Part shown: piece after piece, positions 10,388-18,832 of the stretch
Position numbering within the stretch: the first letter of the stretch is position 1
How the letters are laid out: the number at the start of each line of letters is the position of its first letter
NCBI GenBank assembly: GCA_039588275.1
Contig: JBDHAC010000063.1
Location: 1 to 23,409 of the forward strand
Length of the DNA: 23,409 bases
DNA from: Gemmatimonadota bacterium
GTDB taxonomy: Bacteria > Gemmatimonadota > Gemmatimonadetes > Palauibacterales > Palauibacteraceae
Direction: 5' to 3'
The notes under the pieces: generated by a model
Seen by the model: only the letters and a program-made list of their open reading frames with translations
The model's database searches: none
What the model was told of the DNA's origin: nothing
Made by a program: the position numbers and the translations under genes

Positions 10388-11239
10388 ATGACGGCCATAG
10401 ACGACGCAGTACCTACATCCTTCCGACGATCTTTGAAGCGCAGCGCCACGCTTCGTGTCATTCAGGCCGCGACGGTGTCGATGCTCGTCACGATCCCATT
10501 CACCGCGTGCGATGAGGACACGATCATCGGACTCGACGGCGACGCGGTGATCAGCGTCCCCTTCCAAGTCGTCGAAGACGCGACGGGTCGGACCGGGTTC
10601 ACCCTCATCGGGGTCAACGGCGGGATCACCATCACCGGTCTGTCGCAGGGTGAGACGTTCACGGTGAGCGGATTCCGACGGGTGCAGAACTGCAGCCAGG
10701 CCCAGGCGGAAGTCCTGATCGAGGATCTGCAGGTCCAGGTGTCCGCAACGGCGACCGAGGTCATCGTGCAGACGATCCAGCCCGGTAACACGGACCCGTG
10801 CACGCTGGTGGTCGACTACGAGCTCACGGTACCCGAGCGCCTGTTTGGCCAGATCATCAACGTGAACGGTGAAATCTCGATCGAGGGCCTCGACGAGGGC
10901 CTCTCGGTCGTGAACACGAACGGTCTCGTGACGCTCGACGATGTGGAGGACGACGTCACGGTTCGCCTCACGAACGGCGACATCGTAGCCGACGCGCGGA
11001 TCAGCGGCGACGAAGAGATCGACCTGCAGACGGTGAACGGGAACGTGGGACTCACGATCCCGGTGACGACCGATGCGCTCCTGTCGATCGCCCTCGCCAA
11101 TGGAACGATCAACGTGTCGGACCTGACGATCACCAACGAGACGAGCACGTCGACGACGCTGACCGGCACGCTGGGAACCGGCGAAGGCACAATCATCCTC
11201 CGCACGACGAACGGGAATATCACGCTCACCGGGGTTTGA
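10388..11239 (+). CDS. DUF4097 / putative-adhesin beta-strand repeat lipoprotein
   Basis: AAGGAGG precedes ATG 10388. Lipobox-like FTAC. Repeated x-NG-x-I/V units (GVNGGI, NVNGEI, NTNGLV, LTNGDI, TVNGNV, LANGTI, TTNGNI). Confidence 0.85.
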   Translation: MTAIDDAVPTSFRRSLKRSATLRVIQAATVSMLVTIPFTACDEDTIIGLDGDAVISVPFQVVEDATGRTGFTLIGVNGGITITGLSQGETFTVSGFRRVQNCSQAQAEVLIEDLQVQVSATATEVIVQTIQPGNTDPCTLVVDYELTVPERLFGQIINVNGEISIEGLDEGLSVVNTNGLVTLDDVEDDVTVRLTNGDIVADARISGDEEIDLQTVNGNVGLTIPVTTDALLSIALANGTINVSDLTITNETSTSTTLTGTLGTGEGTIILRTTNGNITLTGV

Positions 11240-11326
11240 TCAGGCGCCACCCCCATGGGTGTGCGACGTTCGAGGACCTAGGCGGCCAGCCAGTCCCGCT
11301 GGTCGCCGCCTCCCATAGCCCGGCGC

Positions 11327-11944
11327 TCAACGCACCGGGGATGTGAGGGGGGCCTCCGCATCTTCGACGACCTTATCGATGTAGGCGTCGAACTCCACGC
11401 TGCTGATCCTCCCATCGGCATCGATATCGAACTCGCGGAAATGTTGACCGACGACCTCCTTCCGGATCACGGGTGCCTCGAGGAAGAGACGGAAGGTGAC
11501 GAGCGCGAGTATCATGAAGGTCCCGTGCTCCCACAGCTCCTGACGATCGCCGAACAGGATGTCGCCCACGGAGAACATGAGGAACACGATCATGCTCAGC
11601 TTGAAGGTGAGCCTCTGAACGAAGCCCGGGACGGTGCGCCGGGCCATCAGGACGAAGAAGGCGATCCCGATCGCGACCTCGACCACGGCGATCCCGTAGA
11701 GAAGCCCCAGGGCGAGCTCCTCCGGGAGCCCGAGCCGCGAGAAGTAGTGCACCGTCTTCTCGTCCCGATTCACCCCGAACCACCCCATCGGAACCGTGCC
11801 GTAGGGCGTCTCGGTCGGAACGCCGTTGAAGAACTTGTCGAGGCCGTTCAGGAACCAGAAGAAGCCCCAGAAGGCGTACAGGATGTTCTCCAGCCGGAGC
11901 CAGTGCTCGGAGACGATGAACAACCGCAGCAGGGACGCCCTCAT
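11327..11944 (-). CDS. DoxX-like multi-pass membrane protein with a C-terminal EF-hand motif
   Basis: GAGGAGG lies upstream of the ATG. About 4 hydrophobic segments, with DoxX-like FLNGLDKF and VEVAIG motifs. C-terminal DIDADGRISSVEF fits the EF-hand loop. Confidence 0.7.
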   Translation of the reverse strand: MRASLLRLFIVSEHWLRLENILYAFWGFFWFLNGLDKFFNGVPTETPYGTVPMGWFGVNRDEKTVHYFSRLGLPEELALGLLYGIAVVEVAIGIAFFVLMARRTVPGFVQRLTFKLSMIVFLMFSVGDILFGDRQELWEHGTFMILALVTFRLFLEAPVIRKEVVGQHFREFDIDADGRISSVEFDAYIDKVVEDAEAPLTSPVR

Positions 11945-12051
11945 GAGCCGACCTCCTCGGGATTCGGGGTAGATCGGGGAAGCTAGGCGAGTCGGCGCGA
12001 GCGCTACAGGGCCGGCAGGTGAGAGTCATAGCGGGCGCTCACCCTCGTGAG

Positions 12052-12125
12052 TGCGCCCGGGAGGACTCGAACCCCCAGCCTTCGGATCCGAAGTCCGACG
12101 CTCTATCCAGTTGAGCTACGGGCGC
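12052..12125 (-). tRNA. tRNA-Arg (anticodon UCG), CCA not encoded
   Basis: Reverse complement is GCGCCCG TA GCTCAACTGGATAGAGC G TCGGA CTTCGGA TCCGA AGGCT GGGGG TTCGAGT CCTCC CGGGCGC A. It forms a full cloverleaf with the A20 Arg identity element, anticodon TCG and G37. Confidence 0.95.
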
Positions 12126-12185
12126 GGGATGGCGAAGAACGGTAGACCGCCCACGAGAGGTTCGCAACCGGCCCACGGGGCAGAT

Positions 12186-12201
12186 CGGCCCCCGTCTTGC
12201 G
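12186..12201 (+). promoter_or_regulatory. Weak candidate sigma54 -24/-12 promoter upstream of the pseudopilin/HD-GYP unit
   Basis: CGGCCCCCGTCTTGCG has GG-N10-GC with TTGC and resembles the site at 18833-18848. Confidence 0.3.
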
Positions 12202-12346
12202 AAACCTTCCCGTTCCTGGGGCTCCGGCCTTCCGGGTTGCTAGAACCGGGAGCCAGTTTGACCCATCCCGCAGGTGAGAGACAGCCCGGGAGCGGTTTCT
12301 TCCTGGCTCAGCCGGGGCCGGCCTGGTCGACAGTGAGGGACGAGGC

Positions 12347-12847
12347 GTGGGCGTACGAAGACCGGCAGCAACGAGCTGCGCGCATTCGAGCGACGGGCGC
12401 CGTAAATCCAACGGGTTTACGGTGTTGGAGCTGGTCTCCGTCCTGGTGATCATCGCCATCGGGACGATGATGGCGCTCAAGGTATCCGAACGGGCCTCCG
12501 ACTCCGCACAAATCAAGCAGGCGATCGCGGAAATCCTCCAGCTTCAGACCCGCATCGACGAGTTCTCCATGACGTGGGACCGCCTACCCAACTCTCTCGG
12601 CGAGCTGGGTGGGGGCGTTCCGCAAGATCCGTGGGGAAACGCCTACGAGTACTTCCCGTTTCTGGATGGGGTAAATATGTCGATGGCCAGGAGAGATCGA
12701 TTCCTGGTCCCAATCAACACCCTGTATGACCTATGCAGCAGGGGGCGCGACGGCCTCACCACCAACAATCTCACATCGCCCGACGCCCAGGACGACGTCA
12801 TTCGAGCGAACGACGGCGCCTATATAGGGCTGGCCGTCGGTTACTGA
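12347..12847 (+). CDS. GspG-like prepilin-type (class III signal) pseudopilin
   Basis: Basic leader, then G|FTVLE plus hydrophobic helix. GspG-type LPNSLGEL...DPWGNAYEY and YDLCSRGRDG...DDV motifs. The GTG start is uncertain. Confidence 0.88.
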   Translation: MGVRRPAATSCAHSSDGRRKSNGFTVLELVSVLVIIAIGTMMALKVSERASDSAQIKQAIAEILQLQTRIDEFSMTWDRLPNSLGELGGGVPQDPWGNAYEYFPFLDGVNMSMARRDRFLVPINTLYDLCSRGRDGLTTNNLTSPDAQDDVIRANDGAYIGLAVGY

Positions 12848-12859
12848 TCTAGGCGAAAC

Positions 12860-14986
12860 GTGCGATTAGAGGGAACGTTCTTCCGATCTCGCCTCGGTCG
12901 CCGAATCCTGGGCCTGTTCGTCCTCTGCGCGCTCATCCCGACTGGCGCCGCGCTCACATTCATGTACGTACAGGCCGATCGGCGGCTGGCCGACGAGCGC
13001 AGGGAGCGCGTCCGGGAACAAAGCAAGCTGGGCGCGGAACAGGTGCTCCAGAGGATACGGATCATCGAGCGAGAGTTCGCCCGCACGATCCACCGAATCG
13101 AAACCACGGAACCGGAAGAGTGGACCACGGTCGCGGACTCGTCGACCGCTCAGTTAGTCGGACTCGCCGCAGAGGCCGGGTTGGGGGACATCGTGACGAT
13201 CTTCGGCGATCCACCGAGCCCTCCACCGCTGACCGAGCTGGTTCGCGAACGTCTCTCGGAGGGACGGAGCGCGTTGGCCACCGTCCCGGAGCCAAACGGA
13301 CGATCGCGAGTGATTCTCGTTCACCAGGCACAGCTCGAGGACGGTCCGATCCTCATGTGGGGAGAGCTGGACAGGGAGCGGCTCGCCGCCGAGACAGCCT
13401 CGTTCTCGGCAGCCATCGATCTGTGCATGGTGGATCACCGGAAGGTCCCGATCTTCTGTGACATCGATGTACCGAAGGACCTCCTGCCCAACGTCGGTGA
13501 TCAACGTAGCACCGCCCAGGATGCCTACCTCGAATGGCAGGACGGCGAGATCACGCGGATAGGCGCATACGCGCTGGTCTTCGTGTCATACGACTACGCG
13601 GCGCCTCCCTGGATGATCATGGCGGGGGAACGCACGAGGTCCGTGCTCTCGGAGCTGTCCGAGTTCCGGATCACGCTCGTGCTCGCGGGGGCCATGGGGC
13701 TGGTACTCGTCGTCCTCCTTGGGAGTGTCCAGATCAGGCGTAGCCTTGAGCCGTTGCACCGGCTCAAGGAAGGCACCAACCGCGTGGCGGAGGGGAACTT
13801 CGCGGCCCGAGTCGAGATCACCTCGGGGGACGAATTCACCGATTTGGCCGACTCGTTCAACGAGATGACGCGACAGCTGGATCAGCAGTTCGAGACCTTG
13901 CGCACGCTGCGGGCCATCGACCAGGCGGTGCTGGAAACCCCGAGCTTCGACGAGATCGCGTCGGCGTCGCTCTCGCAGGCGACACAGCTCACGGCGTGCG
14001 ATATCGCTTGCCTCATCGTCAAGGAGGATCCGGAGAGATCGGACGGTGCTCTGGGCTTCGTCTACCTCGCAGGGGAAGAGCCTCGCAGGATCGACGATCT
14101 CGAGCTCGGGAAGCACGATGACGAGATCTTGCAGAGTCAAGGGCTGGCTCTGGTGACCTCTGACGCGTCGCTGCCTTGCCTCGGCATTGACCCTATCGCC
14201 GGTCGCTCGGAGGAGTTCCTCGTCGTCGGGATCCGGGAGCACGGCAATCTCCACGGCGTGCTCGCCCTCGGCTTCCCACCCGAGTCGGGCCAGTGGGAGA
14301 ACGTCGTTAGCGAGGCTCTGCAACTCGCGGATCAGCTCGCCGTCGCGCTCGCCAATGTGCGTCTCGTGGGCACCCTGGACGATCTGAGTGGTGGGGCCCT
14401 GCAGGCGCTGGCACGGACGGTGGACGCCAAGTCTGCCTGGACGGCGGGTCACTCCGAGCGTGTCACCCGTCTCGCCCAGGCACTCGCTTCCGAGCTGGGG
14501 TTGTCTGCCGCGGACCAGGACCGCCTCTACCGCGGCGGTCTGCTGCACGACATCGGGAAGCTGGGAGTGAGCGAGGAGACCTTGGACTGGCCAGGGAAGC
14601 TCAGCGATGAGCAGTGGGAGGAGATCAGGCGACACCCCGGCATCGGGGTCGAGATCCTGGAGCCGATCCCGGTGTTCCACGACATCCTCCCCATCGTCCA
14701 CTACCACCACGAGCGGTGGGACGGGGCGGGTTATCCGGCGGGGCTCGCCGGGGAGGCCATCCCGTTACTGGCCCGCGTGGTCGCCGTGGCGGACGTGTAC
14801 GACGCGCTCACCTCCGATCGACCCTACCGCGCCGGGATGCCCCGGGAAAAGGCCATTCAGATCATCGAAGAGGGATCGGGCACGCAGTTCGATGCCGCGA
14901 TCGTGCCGGTACTGCGCCGAGCTCTGGGAAGACTGGAAGAGGCAAGACAGGAAGAGCCGGTGCAACTGATTGCCGTCGGCGAGTGA
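12860..14986 (+). CDS. Membrane HD-GYP phosphodiesterase 1 (TM - extracytoplasmic sensor - TM - HAMP - GAF - HD-GYP)
   Basis: Two TM helices flank a ~235-aa region. HAMP (PLHRL...GDEF.DLA.SFN.M), GAF-like segment ending LADQLAVALANVRL, and HD-GYP motifs GHSERV, LHDIGK, HHERWDGAGYP, ADVYDAL, RPYR, QFD. Confidence 0.93.
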   Translation: MRLEGTFFRSRLGRRILGLFVLCALIPTGAALTFMYVQADRRLADERRERVREQSKLGAEQVLQRIRIIEREFARTIHRIETTEPEEWTTVADSSTAQLVGLAAEAGLGDIVTIFGDPPSPPPLTELVRERLSEGRSALATVPEPNGRSRVILVHQAQLEDGPILMWGELDRERLAAETASFSAAIDLCMVDHRKVPIFCDIDVPKDLLPNVGDQRSTAQDAYLEWQDGEITRIGAYALVFVSYDYAAPPWMIMAGERTRSVLSELSEFRITLVLAGAMGLVLVVLLGSVQIRRSLEPLHRLKEGTNRVAEGNFAARVEITSGDEFTDLADSFNEMTRQLDQQFETLRTLRAIDQAVLETPSFDEIASASLSQATQLTACDIACLIVKEDPERSDGALGFVYLAGEEPRRIDDLELGKHDDEILQSQGLALVTSDASLPCLGIDPIAGRSEEFLVVGIREHGNLHGVLALGFPPESGQWENVVSEALQLADQLAVALANVRLVGTLDDLSGGALQALARTVDAKSAWTAGHSERVTRLAQALASELGLSAADQDRLYRGGLLHDIGKLGVSEETLDWPGKLSDEQWEEIRRHPGIGVEILEPIPVFHDILPIVHYHHERWDGAGYPAGLAGEAIPLLARVVAVADVYDALTSDRPYRAGMPREKAIQIIEEGSGTQFDAAIVPVLRRALGRLEEARQEEPVQLIAVGE

Positions 14987-14996
14987 GGATACGGAG

Positions 14997-15458
14997 ATGA
15001 GTACGAAGCGACGATCCAAGCGGAACCACGAGGGGGCGCGAGCGACGCAGCGATCTACGAAACGGACGCCAGCGACCCGGGCCGCGATGGTGGTTTGCGC
15101 AGCGCTCTTCGCGCTGGCGGCGGTGCTCCTCCTGAGAGGGTCTCGATCGGAGGAGCTTCCCCCCGAGCTGCTCGGTCATTGGACGACCACCAACTCGCGG
15201 TACGAGGGACGCGCGTTCACGCTCACCGAGGCGACCCTGGAGATCCATACCAGCCCCTCCAGTTCGACGGTGCATCAGGTTCACAAAGTGGAGAGGGACG
15301 AGAGCGAAGGCCTGGTTTATACGATCCGCTACGAGGACGGTGGCACCCTTGTGCCGTTCGCGATCGCATACGGGGCCCGCGCGCCGAGTGGGGCACCTCA
15401 GTGGGTCCATTTTCCGCGTCAGCCAGAGATCGAATGGCGGAAGACGATCGAGCGATGA
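14997..15458 (+). CDS. Hypothetical single-pass membrane protein with small beta-rich exported domain
   Basis: ATG follows GGAG, 10 bp after the HD-GYP stop. Basic N-terminus, one TM helix, then LPPELLGHW and alternating beta-strand patterns. Confidence 0.65.
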   Translation: MSTKRRSKRNHEGARATQRSTKRTPATRAAMVVCAALFALAAVLLLRGSRSEELPPELLGHWTTTNSRYEGRAFTLTEATLEIHTSPSSSTVHQVHKVERDESEGLVYTIRYEDGGTLVPFAIAYGARAPSGAPQWVHFPRQPEIEWRKTIER

Positions 15459-15731
15459 CCGAACGGACGTGCGGCGGCTTTGCAGAGCGCTAGAAGGTCT
15501 TGCAATTGCCCCCGCAGAAAGTGGCGAGCGCGAGCCACGAACTTTCTTTACTGTCCACTTTGCGGTCATGTAACGCGCTATGTGACATGGGCTTACGTCG
15601 TGGACGCCCCTAGGTGTGCCATGAGCCCTAGGCGTGCTCCAGATACGCGCGCGTCGGTGGGAGGTGGAGTCTCCCACTGTCGAGACCGCCTCGGGGGCGG
15701 AGTCGATCGGATGCGCCAGAGAGTTGCGACG

Positions 15732-16232
15732 ATGTCGTACGAGACACGGACAGGGACGGGCGGATTCACGCTCCACGAGCTGATCATCGCCATCGCGCTA
15801 GTCGTGGCGGCGATGGCCATCGTCGGCCCACCGACCGTGAGAACCATGCATCGATCGACGCTTCGAGCCGCCGCGAACGAAGTCCAATCGATGCACGCCA
15901 CCGCGCGCAGCCTCGCGATGCAGTCGGGACGGCCGGCGGTGTTGGAGTTCCTGCCGGCCCAGGGTCAGTTGCCGAACACCATCTCTTTGCAGGCGGACAC
16001 CTCCGCCAGCGGGTTGACGGAGATCCGGCGCTCTGCCCTCACGCGTGCGGACTTCGTTTCGGACCGCACGATCTTGTGCTTCGATGCGCGCGGACTTCCG
16101 ACGACCAAGACGATCCGGGAGCCAAACGGGAAGATCAAACAGTGCGAAGCGGCCGACGCCACGATCATCGTGCGCACCGGAGCGCTGGCGGACACGCTTC
16201 GCTACTCACCGCTCGGGGAGCTCATCCCATGA
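15732..16232 (+). CDS. FimT/GspH-like minor pilin
   Basis: G|FTLHE plus hydrophobic helix. AANEV..ARSLAM..GR and FDARG motifs are typical of FimT/GspH. Alternative ATG at 15711. Confidence 0.85.
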   Translation: MSYETRTGTGGFTLHELIIAIALVVAAMAIVGPPTVRTMHRSTLRAAANEVQSMHATARSLAMQSGRPAVLEFLPAQGQLPNTISLQADTSASGLTEIRRSALTRADFVSDRTILCFDARGLPTTKTIREPNGKIKQCEAADATIIVRTGALADTLRYSPLGELIP

Positions 16233-16612
16233 AGCGACCTACGCCTCGTTCCCGACCCAAGGTGGGTGATCAGCGAGGAGCCTCGGCGCTCGAGGTCATG
16301 CTCGCGATCGTTCTCCTGTCTACCGCGATCCTGGGTGCGGCGGCGGCACAGGCCGGAAGCTGGCGCGTCCTGGCCGGCGGCCGCCGGGACGTCGGGGCGT
16401 GGGCGGCACTGCACTATCAGGTGGAAGAGCTGATTTCGGGAGGATACGACCGGGCGGTGTCAGGCTCACGGGTCTTGAACGGCTACCCGATCCAATGGGA
16501 TGTCGCCGGGACCGACCCCAAGGTGGTGATGATCGTCGCGCGCTACCCGAACGGCTGGACGATGGGGGCCGACACGGTGCGCGTCGTGCTCAGGCCCCCT
16601 CCGGCCCCATGA
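16229..16612 (+). CDS. PilV-like minor pilin
   Basis: ATGA overlap with the previous gene. QRG|ASALEVMLAIVLL class III signal (Glu5 present, Ala at +1). Short, second in the cluster. Confidence 0.75.
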   Translation: MKRPTPRSRPKVGDQRGASALEVMLAIVLLSTAILGAAAAQAGSWRVLAGGRRDVGAWAALHYQVEELISGGYDRAVSGSRVLNGYPIQWDVAGTDPKVVMIVARYPNGWTMGADTVRVVLRPPPAP

Positions 16613-16628
16613 TGGCGGCCTGAGCTCC

Positions 16629-17471
16629 ATGTCTCACACCGGGGGCGGCATGAGGGGAGCCCAAGCTGGGCGCTCGGCGGGATTCACCCTGTTCGAGGCG
16701 CTCGTGTATCTGGTCTTCGGCGGCATGGTAGTCGCCGCCATCCACTCGGTCGTGTTCAAGAGTCAGCGCGACTTCCACGAACAGCGGGCGCTCGCCGAGG
16801 GGCAGGGCGTGCTGCGAAACGCGATGACGCTGCTCGTCGGCGAGCTCCGATCGCTGTCCGCCACCGGGGGCGACATTCTGCAGACCGACCCGAGCCTCAT
16901 CCGGATGCGCGCGACCCGGGGGGAGAGCGTCATCTGCGGCACCGTCGCGAACCAGACCGACCCGACATATGAAATGGCGCTCGTAGGAGGCACGCATGCG
17001 GCCGAGCCGGCCGATAGCGCGCTGCTCCTCGCGATCAACGGTGCCGGCCGGGACGACGACGCGTGGCAGGTCGTGAAGGTCACGCAGGTGAGCGTGGCCG
17101 GAAACGACGACAACTGCGACTGGGCAGGCGCCGCCGATCCGGAGCTGATCGTGAGCGTGAGAGGTGACACCGCCGGGGTGAAGATCGGCTCGCTGGTTCG
17201 TCCGTTTCGGCAGATCGAGTACGGGTTGTTGGAGTGGAACGGGGAGTGGTGGCTCGGCCGCCGCCTGCGCGGGCAGGCGTGGGAGCCGATGACCGGACCG
17301 TTGCTCGCGCCGGCTGATTCGGGACTCCTGTTTACCTACCTGGCCGAGGACGGCAGCGTCACCGCAACCGCGGCGGATGTCGCCGCGGTCGACATTCTCC
17401 TGAGAGCACGTCGACCCGGCGAGACCGCCCGCGTCGACTCGCTCCGCACCAAGGTTGCGGTGAGGGGGTGA
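16629..17471 (+). CDS. PilW-like minor pilin
   Basis: AG|FTLFEALVYLVFGG signal, LR.AM.LL..ELR helix, one Cys pair, and C-terminal LLFTY...G...VAAVDILL motif. Alternative ATG at 16650. Confidence 0.8.
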   Translation: MSHTGGGMRGAQAGRSAGFTLFEALVYLVFGGMVVAAIHSVVFKSQRDFHEQRALAEGQGVLRNAMTLLVGELRSLSATGGDILQTDPSLIRMRATRGESVICGTVANQTDPTYEMALVGGTHAAEPADSALLLAINGAGRDDDAWQVVKVTQVSVAGNDDNCDWAGAADPELIVSVRGDTAGVKIGSLVRPFRQIEYGLLEWNGEWWLGRRLRGQAWEPMTGPLLAPADSGLLFTYLAEDGSVTATAADVAAVDILLRARRPGETARVDSLRTKVAVRG

Positions 17472-18769
17472 GGATCATGACCGAGCGCCCGGACGTGCAA
17501 CCCCCGCTGAAGCGTCGAAACCATTGGCCGAACGAAGGCGGCTACGTGCTCATCTGGGCCTTGTTCGCGTTCGTCCTGTTGGGCGGGCTCGCCGCGGCCG
17601 CGCTCAAATCGACGGGCTCGGAGCGCCGGCTGGCCAAGGCTTCCTCGGATTGGAACGTCAGCTTCTACGCCGCCGAGGTCGGACTCCAGCAGACGTTCGG
17701 GATCGCGACCGACACGCTGGTCGGGGCTCTCCAGCCCGGTGACTCGATCGATCTGGGGTGGCAGCCGATCGATGGGTCGACGGACTATCGCGCCGTCGTC
17801 TACCGAATCGACAACGGCCCACACATGCTCTATCAGATCCGGAGCACGGGGCGCTACGACAGGCTGTTCGCGGGCCAGACCACGATCACCCAGACCATGA
17901 CCCTGGCGTCGGACAAGCCGGACGGGATCCTGATCGACGACCCGCTCCGCATTGACGGGGCCGCGACCGTGTCCGGCGAATGTCGCATCCACGCACGGAA
18001 TCAGCTGACCGTGCCCGGCCTCCTGTCGACCGATGGCCCGGTGAGCTCGGAGGGACTGGTCGACGGGAACATCGTCCACCCGGACGGCTTACCTCCCGAA
18101 TCCTACGCCGACCCCATCCCTCCAGAGCCCCTGGAGCTCGACGCCTACTGTGCCGCGGCCGACTACCGGATCTCGGACGGGTGGCTGGTGACGACCGCCA
18201 CCGGTGACAGCGCGCAGCTCGGCGCCGCGGGGGCCGCTAACTGGAGCGCGATCGTCAACGACGAAGGGTACCCCGAATACGTGTTTGACGCGGACGAGGG
18301 CACCTGGAATCCGATGGACCCCAACGTGAAGATGAGTGGCAGCTTTTGCGCGGACGAAAGCGTCACGCTGATCGGGAGCCCTGGCCAGCCGGCGAGCCCA
18401 GCTTCCATTTCGCTGTTCACGAGGGGCTTCGTCGAGGTGATCGGTAGTCCATTTGTGGAGGCGGCGCACGGAGACGGGACCCTGTTCGCCACCTACGGGG
18501 ACATCGTGCTCGACGGAGCGATGGACGCCTTCACGCCGAACTACAGAGGCCACGTGCGCGCGCGTAGCGAATGTAATGCCAACAACGCACTGTGGATCGA
18601 CGGATCGATCGCTTGCGGCGGGACGACCTACCAGGATCCGCCCGGGGTGCGAACGATCGCGATCGATAACATCATCGTCGGCGACCTGAAGCTCACCACC
18701 ACCTGTAACATCAACAGTATCGTCGCACCTCGTCCGATCACGCTCCGCTCCTGGCGACACGACTTCTGA
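17468..18769 (+). CDS. PilX-like minor pilin with extended C-terminal beta-rich domain
   Basis: GTGA overlap. EGG|YVLIWAL signal lacks Glu5, as in PilX/GspK. SFYAAEVGL and YQIRSTGR motifs, ending LRSWRHDF. Confidence 0.82.
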   Translation: MRIMTERPDVQPPLKRRNHWPNEGGYVLIWALFAFVLLGGLAAAALKSTGSERRLAKASSDWNVSFYAAEVGLQQTFGIATDTLVGALQPGDSIDLGWQPIDGSTDYRAVVYRIDNGPHMLYQIRSTGRYDRLFAGQTTITQTMTLASDKPDGILIDDPLRIDGAATVSGECRIHARNQLTVPGLLSTDGPVSSEGLVDGNIVHPDGLPPESYADPIPPEPLELDAYCAAADYRISDGWLVTTATGDSAQLGAAGAANWSAIVNDEGYPEYVFDADEGTWNPMDPNVKMSGSFCADESVTLIGSPGQPASPASISLFTRGFVEVIGSPFVEAAHGDGTLFATYGDIVLDGAMDAFTPNYRGHVRARSECNANNALWIDGSIACGGTTYQDPPGVRTIAIDNIIVGDLKLTTTCNINSIVAPRPITLRSWRHDF

Positions 18770-18832
18770 GGTAGCGCTTTCTGACGGACGGGTAGCGCTC
18801 GACATCTCCTTCTTTCGCGGATTCCCCGAGAG

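Noticed and set aside
11950..12346. tRNA-anchored genomic island or integrative element
   Set aside because: No integrase is present and I found no duplicate of the tRNA 3' end. The pilin cluster lies on the tRNA 5' side.
12051..12449. 132-aa ORF starting MRPGGLEPP
   Set aside because: It is an antisense translation of the tRNA gene.
15495..15510. Fourth sigma54-like site AGGTCTTGCAATTGCC
   Set aside because: It has GG-N10-GC spacing, but the -24 box does not match GGCAC.
15465..15550. c-di-GMP-I riboswitch (GCAAAGCC on minus strand, GAAA-containing stems)
   Set aside because: Wrong orientation for the pilin genes, and the P2 GGCAAAC...GAAA architecture is missing.
12347..18769. Complete type II secretion or type IV pilus system
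   Set aside because: Only pilin-like subunits are present; the ATPase, platform, secretin and peptidase are absent from the window.
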